Both the position numbers and the translations under genes were made by a program. A DNA stretch of 64,000 nucleotides, taken from assembly GCA_036172245.1 (NCBI GenBank), contig JAYWIR010000004.1:1364001-1428000 (forward strand), given 5' to 3'. The notes beneath the pieces are model-generated. The model did not search any database and was not told the DNA's origin. It saw only the letters and a program-made list of their open reading frames with translations. Position 1 is the first letter of the stretch. Each line of letters starts with the position of its first letter. The stretch is from Raillietiella orientalis (taxonomy: Eukaryota). This document shows, piece after piece, positions 51,401 to 64,000 of the stretch.

Positions 51401-51560
51401 ACCCACACAGATCCTATTTCCGCGATGGAGCCTGTTCTTTCCAGTTTAGCCTTTCTCTGGAGATGCGGGCGCGAGGCGCTGGACTCATAGAAGTTCCCTA
51501 TTTCCTGTTAGCGACAATGCGCCGCACGTTGCGGAAGATACAAAGCAGAGTTTTGAAGTC
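48500..51560 (+). mobile_element. Decayed L1/Tx1-like LINE (APE and linker remnants)
   Basis: LSLNVRGS (about 49339), DHRSV (about 49987), and KTRVCFRAFAKVARRRLREK linker (about 50083). Many stops. Confidence 0.55.
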
Positions 51561-52924
51561 CTGAAGCGGTACGGCCAGACACAGTTGGCACGCTGCCAAG
51601 AAACGCGCTTGTAGGCGTGAATTGCTCACGGTTGCGAGCATGTTTTCGACTTCAGGTGACCTGCGGTGGCGTGCTCGCGTGTCGCTTCGTGTGTTTAGCC
51701 TCTGTCGATCTCGCGCGCTCCGGCCACTCCGGATGCCTCAGTGCCCCCCTGCATCGCACCGAGCGGCTACCAAGGAGGGTACACTCTCTGAGGAAAAGTT
51801 CCTGATTCGTTTATCACCCTTCTGATCATCCCTGAGGAGAAAGTCGAGACTACATAGGGGGTGCGCGCACGGGATGGAACAGTTTCCCAGCTGCCGCTAC
51901 GGGACTCTCTCAGCTGGCAAACCATTCCATCCCGTGCGCGCGCACCACCCCCCACCCCTCCCGCGAAATCAGCTTGTAAGATCCCAATATGAATTTCCTC
52001 TTCGAAAACCAGGCAACAAGGAGGAGAAATGGCCGTACAGATTCCAGTAAGCTTAAGGAACGGATCTCAGTGCAGTGCCTGCGCACGTCTGTCTCTCATC
52101 CTGGACAAGGGTCGAAACACGACAATGCAAATTGAAGACAGTGCTGAGCCTCAGGAAACCACGGAAACCACCTCGTACCAATGTGGACGGAAAAGAAAGT
52201 TGCTCGTTGGGCATTATGGGATACGGAATTCATGGGGATGTGGAATGATTAGGACGATTTGACTGTGGGCCGCACGGGTGTGCCTCGACGGAAGGTACTC
52301 ATTGGGTGCACATACGTCGTAAGGGAGCAGATCTTGCTAGCACTAGGCTTTTCGGAAACTGCCTGCAACGCTGAGGTCCCACGCAAGTGCGTGTACCCTT
52401 CGCAACCCTTCCGGAAGGGGGAAATCCAAGGCGAAGACTGTCGGCAGGAGTCTTGCAGGAGCAAACAGGGAGCACAGTGTGGTGGTGTTCACTTCCAAGT
52501 GCATTAGTCTGCCAAGGTACCCGTCAAGCGTGGGAGTTTATATGCGTCTTGGCTCTGTGCAGGAAGGAAGCTGCTTCGAATACTTTCCAAGCAGCAGGAG
52601 AAGATGGACAGCGGGCAATCTGCGATTCACAGAGGCGAAAAGCTGCTGCCTACCGCTACTGCGAAGAATGCTCGGGATGGAATCAAGAAGTCTCTCAGGA
52701 GAAAGGGCTTAAAAGAAAAAGCAGAGTTGGAAGGGGTGGGAGAACAGTCGTCGGGAAAATCACCACTTTCCCCATCGGGGTTTGAGGAAACCCTTTTTCC
52801 CGTTGGTCTCGGACGGAAGTTTTCGGAAAGTAACGCATTCGAGGATTCCGATGTGAGCGGCAGAATCTCGAGTAAGAGGGACTGAGCTTCATCACGGTGG
52901 AGAGAACCTCATGCGCTTCCAGTC

Positions 52925-53749
52925 GGTTTCTTTTTTTTTTTTTTTGGTTCGCTTAGTACCTCAGAGCCGGTCGCGTGCCTCGCGGCGCACGTGGCTCTTT
53001 AAACACACTGTTAGGTTCCACGCCTCTCTCCTGCGACAACCCCGCAGGGGGGCGTGTAATTCTTCAGGATAGGGGGCACCCCGAGATGGAGATCCGCCCT
53101 ATGAATCCAGGAAGGGCTCGGAGTCCGTTCCTCTCCCGCTTGGGGAGGGATCCCCCCAGGACGGGGGGATCGCACCTCCCACCTTGGTTGTCTCCGAAGG
53201 GGGACCCCGAAGGGCATCTCCTTCCGTATTCTCTCCGGAGGGACACCCCGAAGGGGGGTGGTCCTCTCCATTTCAACTTCTCCGAAGAGAACCCGGAAAG
53301 GATCCGCTAGTAGGAATTTCGTCTCTGGAGGGAACCGCTCCTGTTCACTCCTCTGAACAGAACCCCGAAGGGACGCTTCCGAAACTCAGAAGGGGCGCTG
53401 CAGCTTCCCGCAGGGAATCACTCTCGCTTGCTTCCTTGCACTCTGTGAAGAGGCGACGACTCGGCGGGACCCCTTCAACAGGTGGGGTCTGCTCCTTTGA
53501 ACAATCGGAGAGGTGTCTATGAAGGCTCCTGCTTCATCTTGAAACCGGAAGGGTCTTCCGGTGAGGGGAGTCCGCTCTCCGTTGCACGACAGAAGGGGGA
53601 ACTCCCCACTCCTTTATTCCTGGAAAGATCCGAAGGACAACTCCCATTGTTCCGGCCTTCATCGGGGGCCTCCAGCTTAATCCACCGCCGTTGCCACGCC
53701 CGAATGATTATGCCAACCAGTGCCATTGCAGGAGAAACTCGGAACCCAA
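52925..53749 (+). mobile_element. 5'-end fragment (about 0.82 kb) of the LINE family
   Basis: Poly-T, hairpin 52963-52998 and downstream sequence are near-colinear with 17560-18010 and with the reverse complement of 702-1460. Confidence 0.87.
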
Positions 53750-54199
53750 CGGCTCAGTGGCGTCAGTTTCTGCCGGAGTATTCGAACCCGCGACGCATGG
53801 TGCCACGCGCAGAAGCTTAACCACAAAGCCTCCCACCCGGGCAGTTTCTTTGCCAGGATACGCTACCAGAGACTTTGCAAAGCACAGCAACTTCTTAGAT
53901 ACCGAGCGTGCGTCCTAATTCCCTGCTTGTCCGAGCATCAGCTAGGAAACAGACAGCGGATGGGATGAAACTCCGACTCCGGTTTTCATCGTTGCTTGAG
54001 GCACCTACCCTCAACTCTGTACCACTTCGCCTTGGTCGACCACATCAGGAAGGCAACTCACGAACACTGGGTGGGAGATGCTGGCCAGCGACCGAGAAAC
54101 ATCCGGCGTGGAGTCTCCACCGCAGCTTGACCTCGTCCTGAGAAACAAGGAAGCCCTGTTTCATCACACTAGGCGCGCGTGCTGAGCGTTCGAAGGAAA

Positions 54200-57100
54200 T
54201 GTCCGCAGCATTCAGGAGTGCGCGCGAAGAAGGAAAATGCAAGAACCAGGCAGGGAGCTACACAGTCAAGTCTCTAGAATAAGACAGGAAGCCTTTGGAC
54301 CCGCGGAATGCCGAAACCTTACCAAGCAGGCGTGTCTTAAGGCGGAAGTCTCCGGTGCCGAACGAAAGGTGAAGAACTGAGCTCCGGATGGAGGATTTCA
54401 GTCGCAAACGTGAACCTGCTCGATAAAACCATACCCCAGAAAGAGCTCTGGACGAATCCCCCATGCCGGAGCATGTCTCGGTACCACTCGGAGCTGCAAA
54501 AGAACCAAGGATCCGTGTCTCCTCGAAAAAGTTTGCTGGCCTTTGCTGGTCGCGAAAGAATACGAGGTCAGGAACAAACCGAATCCTCTGCGGGAAAATC
54601 AGAAGGGACGAGAATTTTTCAAACTTTGGCTCCTGCAAAAACTTCCTTCACATAAGCGTGCAGGAAAATTGGTTCAAATCGAGCGTGACCAGTAAAATCT
54701 GACGCGACACCGAAGTGTCCCTTAAAATCGAAAAGGACCGGACCCACCTTGGCATATTCACGGAATGCAGGTCGGAGTAAAGAGAAGCAACGTGAATGTC
54801 ATGTATCCAAGAATCATGGAATTTTTCCTGCCGCGGGAAAAAACTTCAGGAGTCATGATTATCGCCTGGAGACGGTGAAGACGCCAGAGAGTTCCTGTGG
54901 CCCTCGTCGCGGAAAAAAAGGATGCGCGCCGCTGATGTAGACTGCTGCTTCCTGAAGAGCGTCGCCGACCGGCATCAGCAACCAATCGTGCAGCAAGGCA
55001 CCTCAAGGTTCTTAAAGTCTCAGATTTGTTGCCATCGATCACATCAAAGAGTCTGCTCCTGCGTTATCAACAGTTGCCTTCCACGATCAAGATGGTGCTC
55101 TGCTCACTCACGGCCCTGCAGAGACTGCGTCCCGAAAGAAATCCGTCGCGATTACGCAACTCTTGAAGCCATAAAAGGAAACGCTGATAGCACGGAAAAA
55201 GCACGACACGCATTGTCGCCTCCTGCTGCGTGCTGTCTTGAGGAGGCTGCGTCGTAAGCAATGTTATTCCAGAAGAGGTGAATGGCGGGTACTGCAGTGG
55301 TGAAGAACTCGAGGGCGAATTTCCTTTTCGACGTGCCCCAAACGGGAAGCTTCGGAAACCGCGCTGATAAGGATGAAGTGCGTGTCGCCACGGTGCCTCC
55401 TCGGCTTTCAGATCGCCGCGTCTGTTTTCTCGGGACCTCCACACCCAAACAACGCGGAACACCTTCGAGCCTTTTCCAAGTCTCCTCCTTGGCTTTCGGA
55501 ACCTTTCCAACAGGTTTCTTGGATCCTGCCCGCCATGGCCACAGCTTTTGGAAAAGGCCTATCTTCCGTAGGATTTGTCTTCCGTACTTAGTCGGCAATG
55601 AAAGAGGTCTGAAGAAACCGAGAAGAATCGTTCAAGACAATAGGAAAAAAAAAGTCTCAGTGGTAAATTTGAGTCGCGCTTCAAAAACACGTCCTTGACA
55701 AGCAACAAAAGTCGTTACCGAAAACGAATGCTTCAGTAGGGCGAAACTGAAGCATAGGTCCCTGTTGTGGTTTCGAGACGATGCAAGGAGTCGGGGGAGC
55801 CGGAAAACTCGGAAACAAGCACGCAGGCTGGTGGTGGTGGTGGCTCAACGGACGAACGGGTGGGCGGTGTTGGTCCATTTTGCCGGTTCAACGAGAGAGA
55901 AGGGGCGAGGCTCTCACAGGAGCTGGCGGGGCCGCCGCCTCCACCTGTGTACGCCCGGGCTGGCGGACCTCGAGGGATGCGGAGTGGCAGAAATTTCGAG
56001 AGGGGTTGGTCACGACACGGCGGACGGGAAAAGCTTCCTCTCCGCCCCTCGAACTCCCCGACGCGTTCCGTGCAATGAAATCATCTGGGGTCACAGAACT
56101 GGGTGCGGAGTTTCCATCGGAATTTCGCCGCTGCAGCACGTTGGGGGTAACGAAGCCATAATCAGCTCCCTCCCCAGCCTGAAAACTTATCACATCCTGG
56201 ATGGGCACCCGCCGTAAGGCAGGCTCAGCTTCGAGGGGGGCTGTTTCCGATGTCGAGGAAAGGACCTCCTGCGTTGAGCATCCCCCCCCCCTCCCTCCAC
56301 CCTAATCCCCCCTCCCCTCGAGATTTGAAAGAAGCAGGAAATCTTTCTGCCTGTTCAACTTACAGTTTTGCATATTCGAGAATTTCATCTCGGAAAGAGA
56401 AAACTCATCGGTGGGTTCGCCGAAGCCATCTTATGAAGTGATGCCATCACCACCATTCCGTGAACAAAGTGCTCCTGCTTGCCACCTTATGGCTACGCCC
56501 TGGTGTCCAGTCTCCCAGAAACATCGCCATTTGTTTTTATAATCAGATTCGCATCTCCCACTTTCTCAGAGAGCAGTCCCGTTTTTTTTTGTTGAATCCA
56601 CATCCCCGAGCCCGCGAATCCGCAAGAGAGACTGCGCTGAGTCGAGCATTGTTGGCATGGAAACCGGTGCGGCGCTCGGCAGCTGCATCCACATCAGCTG
56701 TGAAGACGGCGCGGGGGGAGACCCACGATCCATACCATGCGAGATCCACTGCTTCCCGAGCTCGTGGCGCTTACCAGCTCGCAAAAGCAGTTGCCCCTCC
56801 GCTCCGCAGAGCTTGCTTGCACAGAAGGGAAACTCGATATCCCTCTTGGAAACGACCAGGATTGCTTTCTTGGTCGACGGGAACCTCGCGAGTTCCCCTT
56901 ACTTGCCGCCGCCCTTGCTCCGGGAAAAATCTTTGCTGCGAGCGATGCTGGCAGGGATTTGTGCGACTCGTTATGGCATCCCTGATCATCCAAGGTGGCC
57001 CTGCGTTGGCGGCCGTGTGGCTGCGGTCTGCGCTCGTGGGCTCGAAGTCCCCACGTGGAGGATTGGCTCCAGAGAAATGGAGGGTGCGTCGTGGGTTTCG

Positions 57101-57990
57101 AGTCCCCCCGGCAAGATGACGCTGGCTGGCCTGTAGACTTAGGGTGCGGCCTGGTGGAGCCGAAGCAGAAGAACCGGATGTCCACGTTGACTGTCTGCGA
57201 TCGACCCTCCGGGGTGGTCCTCCCAGGAATCAAGAAGCGGTTATCTTCATGGTTCCCCTCCTGTTGTGCAAATCGTTCCATTCTCGCCCCCTCCGGGAAC
57301 CCCCATCTCGTCCCATGAAGCTGGAAGATCTATATCTCTCCAGAGTGGGAAAAAGAAGCACGCTGCTCCTTTCGGGAGCGACCCTTCAGGGAAAATTGAT
57401 AAGCATCCCTATTCTCTTCAGAGGAAGAGGAAGCAAGGAGTGGTTCCCTCACAAATTCCCTCTGGAGAAGGAATCCCTTTCCCTTTCCGGGTCGCCTTTA
57501 GAGAACTGGCTCCTTCCGGGGGGTCCCTCCGTAGAGAGTAGCGGAGAGGTGGTTCCCTTCGGGGATCTTTCCCAGGCGTGGGAGGAACGGACTCCTCCCT
57601 CCGTAGCCCTACCTGGATCCACAGAATGGTTCCCTCTGGGGGCACCCTCTAACTTGAAGAGTTTACTCGAAGATCCACAGATCTGCTTAGTCAGATTCAA
57701 TCGGGGGTGCGAGCTGAAAATCGGGAACATCATCTGACCTGCTGTTTCCCCGCAAATGCTGCTTTGAGTGCATCATGGAAATCCAGTAGCCGCATCCAAG
57801 ATTCCTCGATCTCCACTTTCTCGCGAACACCCCTGTTTGGGTTCGCGTGCTGATCACATTCCCAGAATCGATAGGGAGACGCCAATCCTACATCTTCCTG
57901 ATTGGAATCCAGCCTGCCATCTCCTTGCCGTGTATTGTCTGATTCCTCAATAAAAACGAAAAAAGAAAACCCCAAAGGCTTGCATATGCT
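54200..57990 (-). mobile_element. Decayed L1/Tx1-like LINE copy, same family as 346-5760
   Basis: 57110-57400 is the reverse complement homolog of 1640-1930, and 57570-57660 is homologous to 17700-17790. RT thumb-like remnant LEGVPRCLGV near 55445-55475. Confidence 0.6.
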
Positions 57991-60059
57991 TGGTTTCCGG
58001 AGTTCACCCTTCATTGGATTCAATCCTTCGCCGGTAGCTCATCTTCCGTATAAGTTCTGTAGACTCAGCCACCCAGAGACCTCTGGAAGTAAGTTACCCG
58101 TCTAACTCAAAAAGGATGCCTTTCATCCGGTTGTGATGGTAACCAGGCTCGGAGAGGTACAACGTACGCCCTCCATCTCGAAGGAGCTCGTCCTTCTCTC
58201 ATTACTTTCCCTTCGCCTCGCGTAAATCCAAGCAGGGCGTTCCCAAAGTCCCTTTGAGCTTTGAGCTTTCCGAACAGGTCGTGGCGAACCTGTCCGTTCG
58301 CGCACTGCATCGCCCAAAGGCTACCTCCGGCTGCTGGCACGTCCGTCGGCTTTTGCCTTCCTTCGTCTTGAGAAAGAGGGACGATCTGCGATGCCTTGGG
58401 GTTTTGTTGCGTTTGCCTGCACTGAACTCTCACGATGCACCTCATCTCGTCGCAGATATCCAAGTATTCGAGTGTCAGTTTGCTAGAACGACAACCGAGG
58501 ATCGATAAGTACAGTCATCAATATTAAGGCAAGCCTCTCGAAGATAAGGATATCTTCGTTGTCGTGGTTGTGGAAGCCAAAACTACACAACTCCAAACAT
58601 GCTGCGGCAACTCCGAAGAACTCACGAAGGATCGGCAGTCCTTTGGTAGTGGAGCTCTCTGAAGGACTGGCCAGAGGCCAGAGTTGCTCAGTAGTTGCCG
58701 ATCAAGCTTTTGCGACGTTCGGTTCACGGACGGTTACGTGTAGCTCAGTTCACCTACCGAAAGTGATAGTTGGCAGATAGGTGATAGGTGAAACGCAATC
58801 GCTTTCGGTTCCCTTGCTGCCGATGAAGGCTCGCAAGAAAATCTAACCTTACATTCAGTAAGCAAACCCTTTCGACTGATGATCATTATCCTTGTCCTAT
58901 GGGATTAACTTACTCAGTTTCCGTTGATGGACTCGCTTCTTCAGTGATCCTCCAATGTGGCAAGACTCGTTTGCAAAGAAAGAAAAGGAAAGCACGATTT
59001 ACACGTTGTCACCCCTGGAGAAGTGATGGCACACGCAACACTCCAATTCTTCTGGGCAAATTTTTGGAGCAACCTTTCATTTCTTTTAGATTTTTTCACC
59101 TTATGTGTCCGAAACTTCAGTAACTGAAATAGTAAGCCTTTTTCTTTTGATGAGCCCTCTTTCTTCAAAACATTCACGCGAGATTTGATTTTCGAGTACG
59201 GATTATTGCAATTCCTAAGGAAAAAAAATAGATGGGCTGCCTAAAATTTGGAACTTGGATTGCCGTAAGGGTGAGGCAGTGCAACCCAAATCTTGACAAA
59301 ATTAGTCTCGGAAAAGGAGCAGCAAGAAGCGAGCAAATAATTTTCAAGGACGTCAAATTATTTGCACTTCCATGAATGAATGAAATGTTGATGGCACCAC
59401 TGCGTGCTTGTTTTTCCGTGTCACGTTACATAAAAATCACACATAGCGCGCGTTATGTAAAAATTTCATTCTTTGAATGTTGCATTTTGAAAATAAATTA
59501 GCCGTTGAAAATCTGGCGACTTTCAAACAGCGTGCGGATCCTGAAGACCATGCTCTGACCCGTGAACTGTTGCCCAGTTTTTCCAACTTTGAAACAGGGA
59601 AAAGTTTCCATTTACCACAACTCCAGACTCTTAGCTCGCTGTTGTCAATTCTGGTTATGGCTTGGAAATTTCTTCCTCCTTCTTTTCTATTTCTTTCTTT
59701 CTTCTTTAAAAAAAAACATAGATTTCAGCCCGCTGTATTTTCTTAAATGGAAGGAATTATGATCATCATCATTTTTGCTCTTAACGAATTACTTCCTAGA
59801 ACCAGTGAGGATTGAGCTTAAATTGATGTACTTAAGAAACACCGGAATGGCTGACTAAAAGTCCAATCTTCTTCCTCCTCCTACACCGTTTCTACCATTC
59901 CTTCGCAAAAATGTTGTTGTTGAAGCAGCATCCTTTAACCTGCATGCCATCAATCTCCTTTTTTTTTTTTTTTTGCAAAGCTCATGTTTCCTTCTTCCTA
60001 GAGGAGTTCAGTGCGGGGTCTCAATTCAAATTAATCATCAGTTTTGAATCAGGAGAAGA

Positions 60060-60560
60060 ATCAATTTTCAAGCCCATGAGGTAAGTGGCGACCGAAGAGT
60101 TCCCAACAACCAAGCTGACTTCTTTTTTTTGTTGTGTGTGTTTTCTTTGAAGGTTCCCAAGGGAATACACGACGTCTCCCAACCACTTTTACTTCAATGA
60201 TTTCGAGAGGCATAATGCTGAGATAGCCGCCTTCCACCTGGATAGGTAGGTAGCAAAGGCGTGTGCTCCGATGAGTCTTCCTCGGGAGTAGATGAAGCTT
60301 TGCTTTGCTCTGCGGGCCGAGGTTTCTGAGCGAATGTTTCTTTTTATCCAAGGCTTTCAGTGGGGAATCTCTGATTTGCGCCAAACTGCCAAACGTGTGC
60401 AGCAGCATGCTTGGAATTCCGAAAGTCACGGAAAGACAAATCGATACGATTACTCCTTCCTGCTTGTTTGTTTTTTCGAGGAAGAAACAACGAGTGTTCG
60501 AGCTCATGTGTGCTCATTACGTACTGAGCCACGAGAAAAACATAGTTTAAGCGGAACACA
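60060..60560 (-). mobile_element. Possible LINE RT-thumb remnant
   Basis: [15 protein letters not shown] resembles the LYxPxxxGGLG motif downstream of LINE RT domains. Confidence 0.35.
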
Positions 60561-60775
60561 TGCTTAAAAAAGACATAAAACGCATCTTCAATGTCATAAG
60601 GGAGAGATGTTTGTTATTGCATCTTCGAACAAAAAAAAATTCAAAGATGTTTATTTGTTATTAACTGACAAGGCTTTTCGAGATTTGTTGATTTGCAGTC
60701 GATTCGAACGATTCCATGGCTTCAGCTCCACCGTTCTCGTTCTTGAAAAAATGCATCTTCTCGAAAGTTGGAAAG

Positions 60776-60835
60776 AGGACGATGATAGAAATCCTTTGGG
60801 GTTCTTTTCTGTTTTCCGCTGTCTTCCACTTCCGA
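60776..60835 (+). repeat. Isolated copy of the extreme 5' motif of the LINE family
   Basis: AGGACGATGATAGAAATCCTTTGGGGTTCTTTTCTGTTTTCCGCTGTCTTCC vs AGGACGATGGAAATCCTTGGGTTCTT...CTGTCTTCGCTGTTTTCC at 17492. Confidence 0.6.
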
Positions 60836-63800
60836 GCTCACGTGTGCTCATTGCGCACAACACAAAGTTTCACGGAGACCAGAACGAAACGCTTTAGTTT
60901 GATCGGAAGATCCGAAGGGCTTCCATAAATTCGATTTCTTACATTATGTAGGATGAGTTGGTGACTCCCATCTAGACTGTGCACGAGCAACATCTGGGCT
61001 GCAACTCCTAACGCCGATCTTCTCGGTCAGTTTCCAGAATTTCATTCTTCCTCACTGAGATCAATTAATAGACAACTTTTTTTCTCTCTTCCCTGGGGAA
61101 GAATGGATCTCCTTTTTATTCGCCTTCCCTCTTTCATCCCTTGGAGACTGCCCTTTAAACGCATCATTGGATCCTTTTGATTGCCTGATCTCGTGGCTGG
61201 ATTCAACTTTCCAGAAACTGGCATTTGGCCAACATGAGCTTGCTGCACTCGTGTGTAATACTTCCATAGTTGCCACTCATCGACTTGTCAGAGCCGTGGC
61301 TGCACTCTTCAGCACTACTGACTAGCATTCTTTGACTTCCACACCGTTCTTCATTTGTTCATCGCAAAGCCTTCTACCGACATCCTGCTTCGAACCGAGC
61401 CTGTGACTACTCACCAGTGGAAGTGAACCGACCTTCAAGGATGACTTTCGCTTTCGATCTTCAGGTTTAAAACACCAAAATCACTATGCAAAGAGAATGT
61501 GGCTGTTGCCATCACCACCACCTTTATTGTGTTGCTGGATCTCTTCTATAAGGGCTCTTGTTGCTGTCATTTGTTCTACGGTGCTGTTGGGATTATCGTC
61601 TTCGTTCCTTCTGTTTTTTTTTGGTTTTTGTTTTGGTTTCCACTTGTGTGTTGACTTCAAGTGGAGGCTTTTGATCCTCTGAACAAACCTCTAGCAGGTA
61701 GGAAGCAATTCATGTTTCTTGCCATTCTCTTCGATCTTCAACACGTTCCACAGAAGCTCTCTCTCTGTTCGACAAATGAGTGGAGCTTTAAAGAGGGTGT
61801 TCCATGCCCAGGAGGTTGCATTGCGCGCCTAAGGAAGGAGGCAACCGCATCCCTTCCGAGTCAGTCCCTCCCCACAGCAAACGGCGAACGGCACTGTTTT
61901 CGTGCACGGAAGACAACCGCCGCGAAGTCACGCAAGCAAAATGGCGCGATCCTTCCCTCCGGCGGAAGACAGCGTCTGGGAAGCTGCATGAGTTTTGGAG
62001 CTGAAGTTTCCTACCTGAGTTTCGTGACCCTGTGCCACAGAAAGAAGGAGACTTTCCGTTCAGAATCGAAAGCAGAAGAAACAGTCGGTTTGGAACAATC
62101 TGATAACCTCAGTATGAGTGAAGCTCTAGCTTTCACAGCACAGCACTTTGCTCCGGAGACCTCATAGGCACTCTTGAACGTGAAGTCGACCTCCCATCCA
62201 GAAGTCTTCCTTTGCGGGATCATCTGACGAACGAGAAGCAAGATTGGAATCTCACAGAACACAAAATTCTGTTTCTGTATGATTGATGGAATGCTGGCTG
62301 AGGCTGCTAGCGTGAAAGACACGGTGGTTAAGATGGCTGAGCTTATTCCCCCTTTAGCCAGTTTGTTCTTGCCTTTTTTCTCTGCCTCCTGATTCAAGAA
62401 CCCAGGCAAAAAAAAAAAATTGCCCGACCAGTGAGTTTCACATAGAGGCTAAGGAGGCTCTGGATCCCTGAGTGATCAACGGGAACGAAACAGCAGACCC
62501 TGGGGGCACATCAGGTTCCTAAATTTCCAAGTTCTCGGATTTTGTCGTCCCAGGAGCGTTTCGTTGAAAACGAACAGAATTTCGAGACCCATCACACTCT
62601 GCTCTGTCGAACACCTAGAGGAAAGGCACCGGGTCCTTGGGTTTCAAGACTCTTGAGCTGATGTGCCCTCGTTTACCATAGTACCACTTCGTCCCGTCTT
62701 CGTATGGGTAAGGAATCTGTTCGTTTCCTACATCTACAAGGCATCACGTGAGCAACGTGACGAACGCATCGGTGCGACGTATTTTCCTCACGAGCTAAAG
62801 CGAATTGTCGCCACTCGAAGATTTTTTTTCCTGTGCTCCCACGGAACGAAACCTGGTCGACGAATCCCCACCTCCTCAGCTTCATTCCCAGAACTATGCC
62901 CAGACCATTTCATGCTTGCTGTTGAAGAAGAAGCGATGCAGCTTGCCTTAGGAAGAAAATCTTGAGAACGAATTCAGATGCTGTGGGATTTTGCGAGACG
63001 TGCACGCAGAAACAGGAAGAAATTTCAAACCGACCTGCAATCTGTTACCATTTTGTTGACATAAAAAAAAAAAGATAAAATGGCTCGCATCTGTTGTTTG
63101 TATTCTGAGACATCCGAGAGCGAAGGAGATGCGTTCAAAGAGTTCCGGTAGCACGCGGCAACGGAATTTCGCTCGCCGCCAAATGAAATGGAGACGGGGG
63201 GGGGGGGACTGCAAGCAAGGAGAACCAACGCAGTTGACACTTAAACAGTCCGTCTCTGAACTGGCGCGCTTTCCCTCCCCCCTCTCTGCCGCGTTTACAA
63301 AGGAGGACACGTGCTAGTGCCATCCGGAGCTCTCACGCTGATAAGCGATTGGGTTCCAGCAAACGAGCTGCACGAGTTGAGCAAGTTTCCGGATCATTTC
63401 ACCAAATCCGTCATTTGACATTTCAAGTCACGAAGATTCGCATCCATCCGCGAGCCTTCCACCTGCAATCCAGCATTGGCAATAGGGCCAGCGAACGCAG
63501 CGTCTGCAGCAAATCTGCGAGGGAACGGATCATGTTTCGTTTCCCTTCCCCTCTTTTCTGGAACATTAAGTACTAAAGGAAGGTGATTAAACCCAGCCGT
63601 CGCTCCTGTTGTTCCATCACGGCTGGGAAAATCTGATCAGCCTCCAGCTTCGTAAGAAACACGTGTTGACCCAGGTAAAGAATCTCATAAAGGCAATGTG
63701 GATGACCACGGTATAATTCTTTTCCTGCTTCTTACTCGTGCTTTGCTTTGTGTTTTCCAAAGAAAAGAAAAAAAACCGCTTGGCCGTATGCTTTACCCTT

Positions 63801-64000
63801 CTCTTATTTTGTGCTCTGTCGTGCGTCTGAAGACTGACCTAAGCACACAGTAGTCCTCCTCAACAGCCATCATCTCCTCATGACTTAGCCACCCAAACGA
63901 CAAGCCAGGTTCCCCGGATGCGCCAACAAACATGCGCCAACTTCTCTAGTTCTTACTTTTCGTCGTGAGACACTGACGTGCTTCCGCCTGTTGTTTGTTT

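Noticed and set aside
63460..63945. Exon-like segments with splice signals on the minus strand at the window end
   Set aside because: I could not join them in a consistent phase without stops, and saw no recognisable protein family.
1..64000. CRISPR arrays, rRNA, tRNA, U2 snRNA and prokaryotic operons
   Set aside because: No regularly spaced repeat-spacer array, cloverleaf or rRNA/snRNA signature was seen. Spliced genes and LINEs indicate a eukaryotic nuclear locus.

Overview
Eukaryotic, probably arthropod-like, genomic DNA (inferred from gene content and GT-AG introns of 40-57 nt). A gene-containing core (about 27-46 kb) holds an intronless-CDS Methuselah-like class B GPCR with a somatomedin-B-like Cys-rich ectodomain (+), a convergent 5-exon ITM2/BRICHOS gene (-), a strongly diverged multi-exon tektin (-) and an orphan type II membrane-protein exon. 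Both flanks (about 1-21 kb and 47-62 kb) are piles of decayed non-LTR retrotransposons: an APE-type L1/Tx1-like family present in at least five copies that share a conserved 5' module, and two restriction-like-endonuclease (RLE) LINE relics, one Utopia/NeSL-like, lying tail-to-tail and sharing an inverted 3' repeat. Most ORFs in the track are spurious frames in GC-rich TE relics. No rRNA, tRNA or CRISPR array was recognised. All translations and alignments were done by eye, and TE boundaries are approximate.
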